A stretch of DNA of 64,000 nt from Candidatus Dormiibacterota bacterium. Its GTDB lineage: Bacteria > Chloroflexota > Dormibacteria > Aeolococcales > Bog-877. The stretch lies in contig DAHVDN010000012.1 in the NCBI GenBank assembly GCA_027313505.1, forward strand, positions 1,267 through 65,266. The letters are read 5' to 3'. Positions 9,597-18,376 of the stretch are shown here, piece after piece (position 1 is the stretch's first letter; every line of letters begins with the position of its first letter). The notes beneath the pieces are model-generated. The model searched no databases, was not told the DNA's origin, and was given only the letters and a program-made list of their open reading frames with translations. The translations under genes were made by a program, and so were the position numbers.

Positions 9597-9643
9597 TATG
9601 ACGCATTCAGGCGTCGCTAGGGATCGCTAAGGAGGAAGTTGTC

Positions 9644-10168
9644 TTGAGTTGGACACTGGACCCGTATCACACGTCGATTGAGTTCTCGGTACGGCACATG
9701 ATGGTCAGCACCGTCAGGGGTCACTTCACCGAGTTCAGCGCAGAGTTGGAGATCGAGCCGGAGGATCTGACGCGCAGCTCCGCGAAGGCCACCATCAAGG
9801 CGGCCAGCATCGACACCCGGGTCGGGCCTCGCAACGATCATCTCCGATCTGGTGACTTCTTCGAAGCTGAGAAGTATCCCGAGCTCACCTACCAGAGCCG
9901 GCGGATCGAGGCTCTCGGTGGCGACCGTTATCGGGTTGAGGGGGACCTCACCATCAAGGATGTGACCAAGCCGGTGGTGCTCGACGTCAGCTTCCTCGGG
10001 ATCACCAAGAGCCCCCAAGGAGCCACAGTGGCAGGGTTCGAAGCCACGGGCAAGCTCAATCGGTCCGACTTCGGTCTGACCTACAATGCCGCGCTTGAGG
10101 CAGGTGGGGTCGTGATTGGTGATGAGATCAAGATCACCATCGACGCCGAGGCCAACCTGGCAGCCTGA
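9644..10168 (+). CDS. YceI family protein
   Basis: WTLDPYHTSIEFSVRHMMVSTVRGHF, RNDHLRSGDFF, GDLTIKDVTKPV, NRSDFG; AAGGAGG SD. Confidence 0.95.
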   Translation: MSWTLDPYHTSIEFSVRHMMVSTVRGHFTEFSAELEIEPEDLTRSSAKATIKAASIDTRVGPRNDHLRSGDFFEAEKYPELTYQSRRIEALGGDRYRVEGDLTIKDVTKPVVLDVSFLGITKSPQGATVAGFEATGKLNRSDFGLTYNAALEAGGVVIGDEIKITIDAEANLAA

Positions 10169-10177
10169 GAGATGGCA

Positions 10178-10215
10178 GGGGTGGTCGCCGCCGTGTTGCG
10201 GCGACCACCCCCTTT
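10178..10215. terminator. 14-bp stem hairpin between convergent yceI and def, probable terminator
   Basis: GGGGTGGTCGCCGC-cgtgtt-GCGGCGACCACCCC followed by CTTT. Confidence 0.7.
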
Positions 10216-10709
10216 CAGGAGACCTCCTCCTCGTCCTCCGGAACAATTTCGAAGACAGCTCCCGGGGCCAGGCGCTCTCGGCAAAGCATCCCCTGCAGAT
10301 GGTCGGACTCGTGCTGCACGATCCGCGCCAGCCACCCTTGATAGTTCTTGACCATGCCTCGGCCCTGAGGGTTGCGGTAGCGCACGGTCACCTGTTCAAA
10401 ACGTCGCACAATCCCGGCCATTCCGGGCAGTGAGAGACAGCCTTCGGTGGCATCCACCTCGCCCTCGCCCGACAGCAGCTCCGGATTACACATGGCAAAC
10501 TTACGGTCCTCGTATACGATCACCGCGAGCTGCAGGTTGAGTCCCACCTGGGGCGCGGCGAGTCCAACGCCGCTCCATTCCTCGCAGCGGATGTACATCT
10601 CGTCGACCAGGCGGCGCAGAGCTCCGTCGAATATGCGCACGGGGCGGGCGCGCTGATGCAGGACCGAAGCGGGGTCGGTCACCAATTGCAGTGGAGGGGG
10701 TGGCTTCAC
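10215..10709 (-). CDS. def: Peptide deformylase
   Basis: GVGLAAPQVG, EGCLSLPG, QHESDHLQG. Confidence 0.96.
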   Translation of the reverse strand: MKPPPPLQLVTDPASVLHQRARPVRIFDGALRRLVDEMYIRCEEWSGVGLAAPQVGLNLQLAVIVYEDRKFAMCNPELLSGEGEVDATEGCLSLPGMAGIVRRFEQVTVRYRNPQGRGMVKNYQGWLARIVQHESDHLQGMLCRERLAPGAVFEIVPEDEEEVS

Positions 10710-10732
10710 CTTCTCATCATCTCAGGATCCGG

Positions 10733-11413
10733 CTACGTTCGGCCCGCGATCAGCATCAGGGCGGCACCCCAATCGAGGCTCGATCGACCGATCACCTCAT
10801 TGAGCCACGACAGCCTCTCCTCTCTCACCTCCAGCCCCAAGGCCCTGTGGCAGCCGTCCAGCGCCGCCAACTCACCCTCCCCCGGCCGACGGACCCCGAT
10901 TATGAGGCGCGCGAGCCCGACCTCCCTAGTCAGTTTGAAGCCGACCCCGGCCAGCTTGCGGCCTTCGACCGACAGGTCGCTGAAACCAGGGCACCACGCT
11001 CCCTCGACGCGCCCGCTCTCAACTCGCGCTCCAAATCGGGCGATTCCTCTTTGGAGCAGTCCCTGGGCCACCTTCAACATGAGGTCAAGCGGCCGCGCGC
11101 TCGGAGTTGGAAGCCGAGTCACCAGCAGCACTCCGAGCCAGCAGGGCCCGACTGGGCCAACGGTACCCCCGATGGGGCTCAACCTGACCTGCCCGACGCA
11201 GGGAACTCCGCGGATGGCGTCCTCCAAGCCGGGCTTCCGCCAGATGCTAGAGCCAAGGGTCACGCCGCGGGAGCTCGTAACCGGGATGGCCACCGTGTCC
11301 CCTTGGTGCTGCGGGGCCAGCAGCAACGCGCCCTCCTCCCCCAGGGAGGGGTCATCCTCAGATCGGGGCTCTACAAACCGCGTCCGCCCCCCGAGTTCCA
11401 CCCCCCCGGTCAA
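10733..11413 (-). CDS. Lipoate-protein ligase family protein, LipL (amidotransferase)-like
   Basis: WCPGFSDLSVEGRKLAGVG resembles the LipL-type xCPGxxDLS..G.K.AG motif. Confidence 0.7.
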   Translation of the reverse strand: MTGGVELGGRTRFVEPRSEDDPSLGEEGALLLAPQHQGDTVAIPVTSSRGVTLGSSIWRKPGLEDAIRGVPCVGQVRLSPIGGTVGPVGPCWLGVLLVTRLPTPSARPLDLMLKVAQGLLQRGIARFGARVESGRVEGAWCPGFSDLSVEGRKLAGVGFKLTREVGLARLIIGVRRPGEGELAALDGCHRALGLEVREERLSWLNEVIGRSSLDWGAALMLIAGRT

Positions 11414-11417
11414 AAGC

Positions 11418-11927
11418 TCAATCCTTCAGCGGACCGCTGGCATCAACTTCCTCGATCCTCTGCTGTGCGGCCGCCCTGCGCACTTGGGGAGCGAGCTGTT
11501 GGGCCAGAGCATGCAGTGAGCGGTGAGCCTGGACCTCCAGGATCCCGCTGACTCCGAACCTCGCGGCCAGGTAGCCCAGTGGTCCTCCCGGGAGCTGGTA
11601 GCTGAGCTGCTGAGTGACCTCGGTCGAGCTGGGTCCCACCGCTCGGCACCTGATTCGGAGCTGCGCCGAGGCCCCCATGGCGTGCCCCCAGCTGCTGACT
11701 AGGGTGGGGCGCTCGCACTCTCCGATGACCCACTCGCTGTCGGCCAGCTTGCCCCCGGCCACCAATCGAATTTGGAGCCGATCTCCCTGCTTCAGCGGAG
11801 GATTCAGCGACCCGGCGACCTCCCTGACTCCGAACATCCAGCGGGGCGCGTTCCGAACATCGGCGATGAAGTCCCAAGCATCCTCCGGGGTCACCGGAAT
11901 CAGGATCTGGTGATGGACCTCAGGCAC
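11418..11927 (-). CDS. SRPBCC (polyketide cyclase/dehydrase-like) family protein
   Basis: IPVTPEDAWDFIADVRNAPRWM and LSYQLPGGPLG patterns. Confidence 0.85.
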   Translation of the reverse strand: MPEVHHQILIPVTPEDAWDFIADVRNAPRWMFGVREVAGSLNPPLKQGDRLQIRLVAGGKLADSEWVIGECERPTLVSSWGHAMGASAQLRIRCRAVGPSSTEVTQQLSYQLPGGPLGYLAARFGVSGILEVQAHRSLHALAQQLAPQVRRAAAQQRIEEVDASGPLKD

Positions 11928-11984
11928 GGGCGGCTCCGAAGCTGTTCATGTGGCCAGTCGAGGATATCCCGTACGGTTATGTGC

Positions 11985-13457
11985 ATGCCCGCAGCCAACC
12001 TCGCTGACTTCCCCGAGCTCCAGGGGCTAGACCACTTTCTGCAGTGGGACTTGGTCACCGTGAACCCCTGGGGAGTCCCCTCGATCGCGGCTGTGGGAGC
12101 CAGGGTCAAAGTCGCTCAGAACGCCATCTGGACATCGACCACGGTGGGCTACGCCGCCAAGGTGCGCAACCTTCGACTCAACCCGCGAGTCACCATGCTG
12201 CGCTCGCTGGGCGATCTCCGGTCGATCGCACTGCGCGGCGAGGCGACGGTTGAAGAGGGCGGGGGCACCGAGAACCTGGCCCGCCTCTTTGAGCTCATGG
12301 ACGGCCCCGAGGGAGTAAGGCCCTTCTTCGCCGAGACCACCACCAACCCTGCCTGGCGACGGCTGTATCGGGAATACTGGAGGCGAATCCTGATCAGGGT
12401 CCGGATCGTGGAGGTGGAGATAACGGATGAGACGGGCATCCGTAGGACCAAGGTCGGAAGCTGGGACTCCGCCAGACGATCTGGAAGGCCAGGCAAAGAG
12501 CGCAAAGCTCCCGCTCGCCGGCTCCAGCCTGGAACGCTGGAGGCCCGCGGGCGCCAGATGCTCAAAGACGGGCTGCCCACCGTCCTAGCCGTCCGGGAAG
12601 ACCAGCGACGAGCGCCGTTGGCCGTCCCCGTCGAGGCCCAAGTGGATCGTCGAGGCAGGTTATTGGTACGAGCTCCCGCTCTGCCGGCTGGGGAGTTCGG
12701 GAGGAGCTCTGTGGCGGTGCGCATCATCGACGACTCATTCGAGTTGGCTCGCATGGTCGCCTGGGTCGGCACCCTCTCTCCCGGCAGTGGCTGGCGGGAG
12801 TTTCGGCCCCGCTCGGTCTACGGGTTCACCAAGCCGCCGGGTTGGCTGCCAGATGTCGCCGCCGGCCTGGCGGCTACGGTCATGAGCATGCGGGCTGGTT
12901 CCGCCAGGCTCGTCACTACACCCTCAATTGAGGTTGCTTCGCGAAGCTCACTGACTGTGCCTTCTAAGCCGCTGGTCCTGACCGATCACGCCTGGAAGGC
13001 GCTGAACGCGCTGTTCAGCAGCTGCAATGCGACTGCCCCCTTCTACGCGGCCATGGCCGCGGTCGCTCCCCAACCCCGGGCCCGCTCCCTCCTTTCGTAC
13101 TTGCATCATCGTGCGGAGCTGGAGCGCGACTGGGCCCATTCCCTCCTCATCCGCGGTCGCCGACGGATATCCGCACTAGAGCTGACCCGCGGAGTGGTGC
13201 GGATGCGCCCTCGAAGCCTGGATCCTCTGGGCGAGGCGCTGCGCCAGGATCTCCTCCTGGAGCGCTTCCGGGAGGTTCTGCGGACGGACCTTCCAGCACC
13301 ACTGCGGGCCGCGGTAACTCGGGAATTGCCTCGCCAGTGGTCCGCCACAGCGTCAAGAACCGCTGGAAGGTCGGGCTTGGCCGCGGTCTCGGCGATCGCC
13401 ACCTCCGCTTCGGCTGCGGCCGACCGGCTCGACGGCCCGCGTCGGTCCTCGACATGA
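11985..13457 (+). CDS. PPOX-like (split beta-barrel) protein with a long C-terminal extension
   Basis: LVTVNPWGVP, STTVGYAAKVRNLRLNPRVTML, ALRGEATV. Start placed 7 nt after TACGGT. Confidence 0.7.
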   Translation: MPAANLADFPELQGLDHFLQWDLVTVNPWGVPSIAAVGARVKVAQNAIWTSTTVGYAAKVRNLRLNPRVTMLRSLGDLRSIALRGEATVEEGGGTENLARLFELMDGPEGVRPFFAETTTNPAWRRLYREYWRRILIRVRIVEVEITDETGIRRTKVGSWDSARRSGRPGKERKAPARRLQPGTLEARGRQMLKDGLPTVLAVREDQRRAPLAVPVEAQVDRRGRLLVRAPALPAGEFGRSSVAVRIIDDSFELARMVAWVGTLSPGSGWREFRPRSVYGFTKPPGWLPDVAAGLAATVMSMRAGSARLVTTPSIEVASRSSLTVPSKPLVLTDHAWKALNALFSSCNATAPFYAAMAAVAPQPRARSLLSYLHHRAELERDWAHSLLIRGRRRISALELTRGVVRMRPRSLDPLGEALRQDLLLERFREVLRTDLPAPLRAAVTRELPRQWSATASRTAGRSGLAAVSAIATSASAAADRLDGPRRSST

Positions 13458-14101
13458 CAGTCACGCGCACCAGACCCGCCATTCTCTTCCTGGGAGTTCT
13501 GGGACAGGCTCTGGCGCTACGCGCCGGCTTCAAACGCCCCAGTCGATTCTGGCCGCTGATGACCCTTGGCCTTGTCGGGTCCTGCCTGCTGTTGGGTCCC
13601 AGGCGTGAAGAACCCTCTCGACAGGTTGGCTGGCGGTGGATTGCCGCCGGCATTGCCGCAGGGGTCGGGGCTTTCGGGCTCACCACCCAGGTCGCAAGCC
13701 TGGCGAAGAAGACCAGCTTCGGTGGCCGATGGCTCACGCGAGTTGGCGCCAGCACTGGTGCCGTCAGGCGTCCGATTGCTGCGGGTCTGATAGTGCCATG
13801 CGCGGTCGCCGAGGAGCTCTTCTGGCGCGAGGGGGTGCTCTCCCGGGCGGGCGATCCTCAATCGGGGAAGGCGCTGTGGCGGGCGACCCTGCTATATGGG
13901 GCTGTCCAGGGGGCTTCCCTAAATCCACTTCCGGTGGGCGGCGGGTTGTTGCTTGGTGCGCTGACTGGGTTCTTGCGACAGCGGTCCCGCTCCCTGGTCC
14001 CCGCGATCGCGGCCCACCTGATCTACTCGGAACTGACCCTGGCCGCCCCTGGTCTGCCATTTGGCGGATCGTCTCGGGATGACCCCCTAACACAGCCGTA
14101 A
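13454..14101 (+). CDS. CPBP (CAAX protease/Abi) family intramembrane metalloprotease
   Basis: VAEELFWREG and RSRSLVPAIAAHL; ATGA overlap with the upstream gene. Confidence 0.85.
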   Translation: MTVTRTRPAILFLGVLGQALALRAGFKRPSRFWPLMTLGLVGSCLLLGPRREEPSRQVGWRWIAAGIAAGVGAFGLTTQVASLAKKTSFGGRWLTRVGASTGAVRRPIAAGLIVPCAVAEELFWREGVLSRAGDPQSGKALWRATLLYGAVQGASLNPLPVGGGLLLGALTGFLRQRSRSLVPAIAAHLIYSELTLAAPGLPFGGSSRDDPLTQP

Positions 14102-14146
14102 CCCGATCGTCGCCGCCTGCCGTTCGAATGATGGCAAGATCGGACC

Positions 14147-16156
14147 GTGGTCAGCGCGATGCCCAATTTTGGGGAGGAGGATTCCTCAGAGCTCTTCTGG
14201 CTGCCATCCGTCAGCCAGACCCCTCACCTGCCGCCCCCGCCTGAGGAGGCGGTCGTGGGCGCCCTGGCGGCGCTCAGGGACCTCCTTGGTCCCCACGCCC
14301 TCAGAGTCACGGCCGAGCCGCTGCGCCGGCTGCGCGACCGCGCGGTTCTCGGATATCAGCTGCGCTGGCGGCTTCCCCGCCTCGACGCCCTTCCATCCCC
14401 TGACGATTTCTGGAGAGCGGCCGCAGAGGCTGACCTTCTGGAGCCGCTCGACGACGCGTTGCTCCTCGCCCAGCTGGCGGTCGCTCAGAATGTGCGGCCG
14501 GGCGCGGTGTTCATAAACCTGGTGGGTTTCAGACGCCGCCGCCCGGGGATTGCGGGCCTGCTCGCGAGAGAGGTTCGGCGGGCGGACATCCCCGCATCCC
14601 GGGTTGTTTGGCAGCTCAACGGGGGAGAGGAGATCACGGACGCACCCCCGATCGCCGACCTGGCCTTTGACCTGCGGCTGAAGGGGTTCAAGGTGGCCCT
14701 TCTGGGCATTGGCGAGAGCCGCACACGAATGTCGACGGTAGCAGCGGTGGTGCCGGAGATCCTGCACATCGACGCCAGCCTGGTCTCGGGAGTCGCTAAC
14801 AACCCCGGATTGTCCGCGACTGTCAGCGGGCTTGCCGAGTTCGCTCGTCGAGCGGGCAACCGGCTGGCGGCCGGCGGCATCGCCACCCGAGAGGAGCTCG
14901 ACTTCCTGCAGCAGCTGGGAGTCGAATACGGCATGGGGTCGCTGTTTGGGCTGCCCCAGGTAGCCGAGGGTCCTGAGGCCGTGGAACTGCTCCGTCCGCG
15001 AATCCTTCTCGACCTGGACGCGGAGGGGAGTGCCTCGCCGGGGCTGAGCATCAATGACCCCAAGACCGCTGAGGTCGGAGGGACCCATCTGCCCGTGGCG
15101 GGGCGGGGCCACGCGCCTTGGGATGTCACCGAAGAGCTGGGCCATGCCGCCAGGTCGCTTCAGGGAGAGCATGACCCCGATGTCATTCTGGAACTGGTCG
15201 CTGACCATCTGGCCCGGATGGTGCCTTACGACGGCCTCACCATCTACCAGGCCGACTGGGACGCGCTCCGGTTCCGGCCGCTGCTGGCCCGGTGCACGAC
15301 GGAGGAAAGCTACGTGGAGGGTGTGATGGGGCACACCTTCGCGATCGGGACCGGGCTGACCGGCTGGGCTTTCGACCTCGGCACTCCGCAGATGGTCAAC
15401 GACGCCGATTCTCACCCGGCCGCGGGGCATCTGCCGGGGACCGCGGTGGACGACGAGTCCATGCTTCTCATCCCGCTCGTGGCGGGCGACCACCGTCTCG
15501 GAATCATGAACCTGGCGCGGTTCCGGACCGACGCATTCACCACGTCGGAGTTGACCACGGCCACCCTGCTCGCCCACATGACCGCGGCCGCCTGGCGCAA
15601 TGCTCAGCTCTATGCGGAGCAGCTGCAACACGCCATCACCGACCCCCTGACCGGCCTTCTCAACACCAGGTGGTTGAGGGATTCCGCGCGCCGAGAGCTA
15701 GCGCTGGCCGAGCGGCAGCAGCGGGACCTGGTGCTGCTCATGATCGACTTGGACAAATTCAAGTTGGTGAACGACAGCTGCGGTCACGGAGCCGGAGACG
15801 CCGTCCTGAGGGCGGTGGGGAGTTCACTCCAGGAGGCGGTGCGTGCGGAGGACGCCGCCATCCGGTACGGAGGAGAGGAGTTCGTAGTCCTCCTCCATGA
15901 TGCCGGCCCCACTGGGGCGGTCCGAGTCTGGAGGGAGTTGCGCAGCCGTCTGGCGCAGATTCCGCTTCCCCCCGAATGCAGTCTGGCGAGGGTCACGGCA
16001 TCGGCGGGAATGGCCCGCTACCCAGACCATGGGCGGACGATAAGCCAGCTTCTGGGAGCTGCTGACGCGGCCATGTACTCCGTCAAGCGTCGCGGCGGTA
16101 ACCGGCTCGCGGCGGCCGTAACCGCGAGTCTTAGAGCGGCTGATCCAGGCAGCTGA
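14147..16156 (+). CDS. Diguanylate cyclase: degenerate EAL - GAF - GGDEF
   Basis: TDPLTGLLN, DLDKFKLVNDSCGHGAGD, RAED I-site and YGGEEF; central GAF; N-terminal EAL fold without catalytic residues. Confidence 0.9.
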   Translation: MVSAMPNFGEEDSSELFWLPSVSQTPHLPPPPEEAVVGALAALRDLLGPHALRVTAEPLRRLRDRAVLGYQLRWRLPRLDALPSPDDFWRAAAEADLLEPLDDALLLAQLAVAQNVRPGAVFINLVGFRRRRPGIAGLLAREVRRADIPASRVVWQLNGGEEITDAPPIADLAFDLRLKGFKVALLGIGESRTRMSTVAAVVPEILHIDASLVSGVANNPGLSATVSGLAEFARRAGNRLAAGGIATREELDFLQQLGVEYGMGSLFGLPQVAEGPEAVELLRPRILLDLDAEGSASPGLSINDPKTAEVGGTHLPVAGRGHAPWDVTEELGHAARSLQGEHDPDVILELVADHLARMVPYDGLTIYQADWDALRFRPLLARCTTEESYVEGVMGHTFAIGTGLTGWAFDLGTPQMVNDADSHPAAGHLPGTAVDDESMLLIPLVAGDHRLGIMNLARFRTDAFTTSELTTATLLAHMTAAAWRNAQLYAEQLQHAITDPLTGLLNTRWLRDSARRELALAERQQRDLVLLMIDLDKFKLVNDSCGHGAGDAVLRAVGSSLQEAVRAEDAAIRYGGEEFVVLLHDAGPTGAVRVWRELRSRLAQIPLPPECSLARVTASAGMARYPDHGRTISQLLGAADAAMYSVKRRGGNRLAAAVTASLRAADPGS

Positions 16157-16619
16157 TGGTGCGTTGCACGGCGCCCATCACCTGCAGCGTCGCCTGAAGC
16201 TCCGCATCGGTGAACTTGGAGAGCACCCGCTCGGCCGCATCCCTCCGAAATCCGGCCGCCTCCTCCGCATCCGCGGCTCCCTTGGGAGTGAGGACCACGT
16301 GAACCTGGCGTCGGTCCTCGCCGGCCCTCTGCCGCTCCACCAAACCGTGCTCCTCCAGTCGGTCCATCAGGGAGCTCACAGAGGGCATGCTGACCGCGAG
16401 GATCTCCGCAAGCTGACCGATCGTCACGGGCCCGAACTCACGAAGGAGCATCAGCACGTGCATCTGGCCGGCGGAGGTGTCCTTGCGGGCAAATCGCGCT
16501 GCCGGCCCCTTCCTCCAATGTTGGGCCGCCACCTGGTCCAGGGCGTCGAGTGCCAACCGCAGAAGCTGTTGGTGAGAGGCTGCTGGTTCGGTCGCGATTT
16601 GCGGCACCGAGGCGCTCAT
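16131..16619 (-). CDS. MarR family transcriptional regulator
   Basis: TIGQLAEILAVSMPSVSSLMDRLEEHGLVER, EDRRQVHVVLTPKG. Confidence 0.92.
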   Translation of the reverse strand: MSASVPQIATEPAASHQQLLRLALDALDQVAAQHWRKGPAARFARKDTSAGQMHVLMLLREFGPVTIGQLAEILAVSMPSVSSLMDRLEEHGLVERQRAGEDRRQVHVVLTPKGAADAEEAAGFRRDAAERVLSKFTDAELQATLQVMGAVQRTISCLDQPL

Positions 16620-18274
16620 GGAGCCGCCACCAGCTGCGGCTCGGCTGACTCGTCCTCAACAGCTGCGGTCTGGTCGGCAACGTTGCCCAAGGAGGTACGC
16701 AGCGGGACCTCCTTCATGTAGATGACGGCCACGATGGCCAATCCGGCGGCGACGAACCCAAGCCAGAAGCTTGCCCCGATGGCTTGGGCCAAGCTCTGGT
16801 GGATTGCATAGACGATAGTCGGGATGAAGTGCTGCAGCGGGCCCGGGAGCAGGTGGGTCAGCTGGGCTCCGAGATTTCCCACTCCGGTCAGACTCGACTC
16901 TCCGCCGCTTGCGAAGTGCGAAGTCAGCCCCTTGGGCACGCCGGCTCGCGCGAGGTTCTTGGGGAGCTGGCTGGTGAAGGTCGAGGCGAGGTAGGTCCCC
17001 GCCACCGCAAGTCCAATCGAACCGCCAACCTGGCGGAAGAAGGTGAGGTTGCTGGTGGCGACTCCGATGTAGCGCTGGGGGACCGCATTTTGGACGACGA
17101 CCGTGTACCCGGACATGGATGGCCCGATCCCTACTCCCATGACGAACATCCAGCCCCATAGCGACCAATCGCCGACGGTGGCGGTCAGCCGAGTCATCAA
17201 CAGCATGCCGAGGGTCGCGACGACCATGGACACCAGCAGCAGCATCTTGTACCTGCCGGTGCGACTGATGATCAGGCCTGCCACCACGCTGGTGCCCATC
17301 AGCCCGAGGAGAAGCGGCCAAAGCATGTAGCCAGAGGCGGTGGCGCTGATGTCACGCACCGCCTGGAAATACCTGGGCAGGAAGATCACCCCGATGAAGA
17401 AGGCGAAGGAGAGCAAGAACATCGCGACCTGGGAGGCCGCGTAGGTTCTAACCCGGAATAGGTCCAAGGGCACGATCGGCTCCGCCACGCGGCTCTCGAT
17501 GAAAACGAAGACCGCTCCCAGCACCGCGGAGAGAGCCAGCAAGCCCCCAACCCGCCAGTCGAGCCACCCAATAGTCTGTCCGGAGGTGGTGGTCAGACCC
17601 TTCTCGGTCAGGCCGATGAGGAGCGGGATCACGGCGGCGGTGAAGACCAGTGTTCCAAGGTAGTCGATCGAAGGGCGCGGACCATCCGCCCGATGGTTGG
17701 GAAGGATCCAAGAGATGACGACCAGGGCCACGATCCCAATGGGCAGGTTGACGTAGAAGACCCAGTGCCAGCTGATGTTGTCGGTGATGAAGCCCCCAAG
17801 GAACGGTCCCACCAGGAAGGCCAGTCCGAAGACCGCACCGAAAAAACCCTGGTACTTGCCCCGCTCACGAGGGGTGAACAGGTCGCCGATCACCGCCAGC
17901 GAGATCGGGAACAAAGCGCCGGCTCCGAGCCCCTGCAGCCCCCTGAAGAAGATGAGCTCCGCCATGCTCTGGGAGAGACCAGAGAGTGCCGAGCCCACCA
18001 AAAACAGGGAGATCCCAATGATCAACATCAGCTTGCGGCCGAAGATATCGGAGAGCTTGCCGTAGATCGGAATCGTCACCGTGCTGGTGAGGAGGTAGGA
18101 GGTCACCACCCATACGTAGAGGCTGTTGCCTCCCAGGTCCGTGACTATCGTTGGCAGCGCCGTGCCGACGACGGTCTGGTCGAGGGCGCTGAGGAAGAGA
18201 CCGAGCATCACCGCGCTGACGATTGCCAGCTTCGCGCGCTGGGATAGCTGAATAGATGGTTGCGCTGAGATCAT
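16616..18274 (-). CDS. DHA2 (EmrB/QacA) family 14-TM MFS efflux transporter
   Basis: LDQTVVGTALP, GKLSDIFGRK, RGLQGLGAG, WHWVFYVNLPIG, EPIVPLDLF. Confidence 0.95.
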   Translation of the reverse strand: MISAQPSIQLSQRAKLAIVSAVMLGLFLSALDQTVVGTALPTIVTDLGGNSLYVWVVTSYLLTSTVTIPIYGKLSDIFGRKLMLIIGISLFLVGSALSGLSQSMAELIFFRGLQGLGAGALFPISLAVIGDLFTPRERGKYQGFFGAVFGLAFLVGPFLGGFITDNISWHWVFYVNLPIGIVALVVISWILPNHRADGPRPSIDYLGTLVFTAAVIPLLIGLTEKGLTTTSGQTIGWLDWRVGGLLALSAVLGAVFVFIESRVAEPIVPLDLFRVRTYAASQVAMFLLSFAFFIGVIFLPRYFQAVRDISATASGYMLWPLLLGLMGTSVVAGLIISRTGRYKMLLLVSMVVATLGMLLMTRLTATVGDWSLWGWMFVMGVGIGPSMSGYTVVVQNAVPQRYIGVATSNLTFFRQVGGSIGLAVAGTYLASTFTSQLPKNLARAGVPKGLTSHFASGGESSLTGVGNLGAQLTHLLPGPLQHFIPTIVYAIHQSLAQAIGASFWLGFVAAGLAIVAVIYMKEVPLRTSLGNVADQTAAVEDESAEPQLVAAP

Positions 18275-18326
18275 CTCCGCCCGTTTCCTCCCTGATTCGT
18301 CCCTTGGGACCTTGCCCGACCCCAAA

Positions 18327-18363
18327 AGCTTAGAGCAATCGAAACTATTATGTCAAATCTAAG
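18327..18363 (-). promoter_or_regulatory. Promoter of the MFS-marR unit (TTGACA-N18-TAAGCT) with a CTTAGA/TCTAAG inverted repeat
   Basis: AT-rich stretch: -35 at 18351-18356, -10 at 18327-18332, inverted repeat bracketing the promoter (possible MarR site). Confidence 0.55.
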
Positions 18364-18376
18364 TATAAGGCGGAGC

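Noticed and set aside
14186-15631. Long antisense ORFs (481 aa here; also 32772-34013, 45006-46292, 7039-7911, 62212-63087, 63023-63835)
   Set aside because: They lie opposite well-supported genes, have no recognisable motifs, and are expected shadow ORFs in GC-rich DNA.
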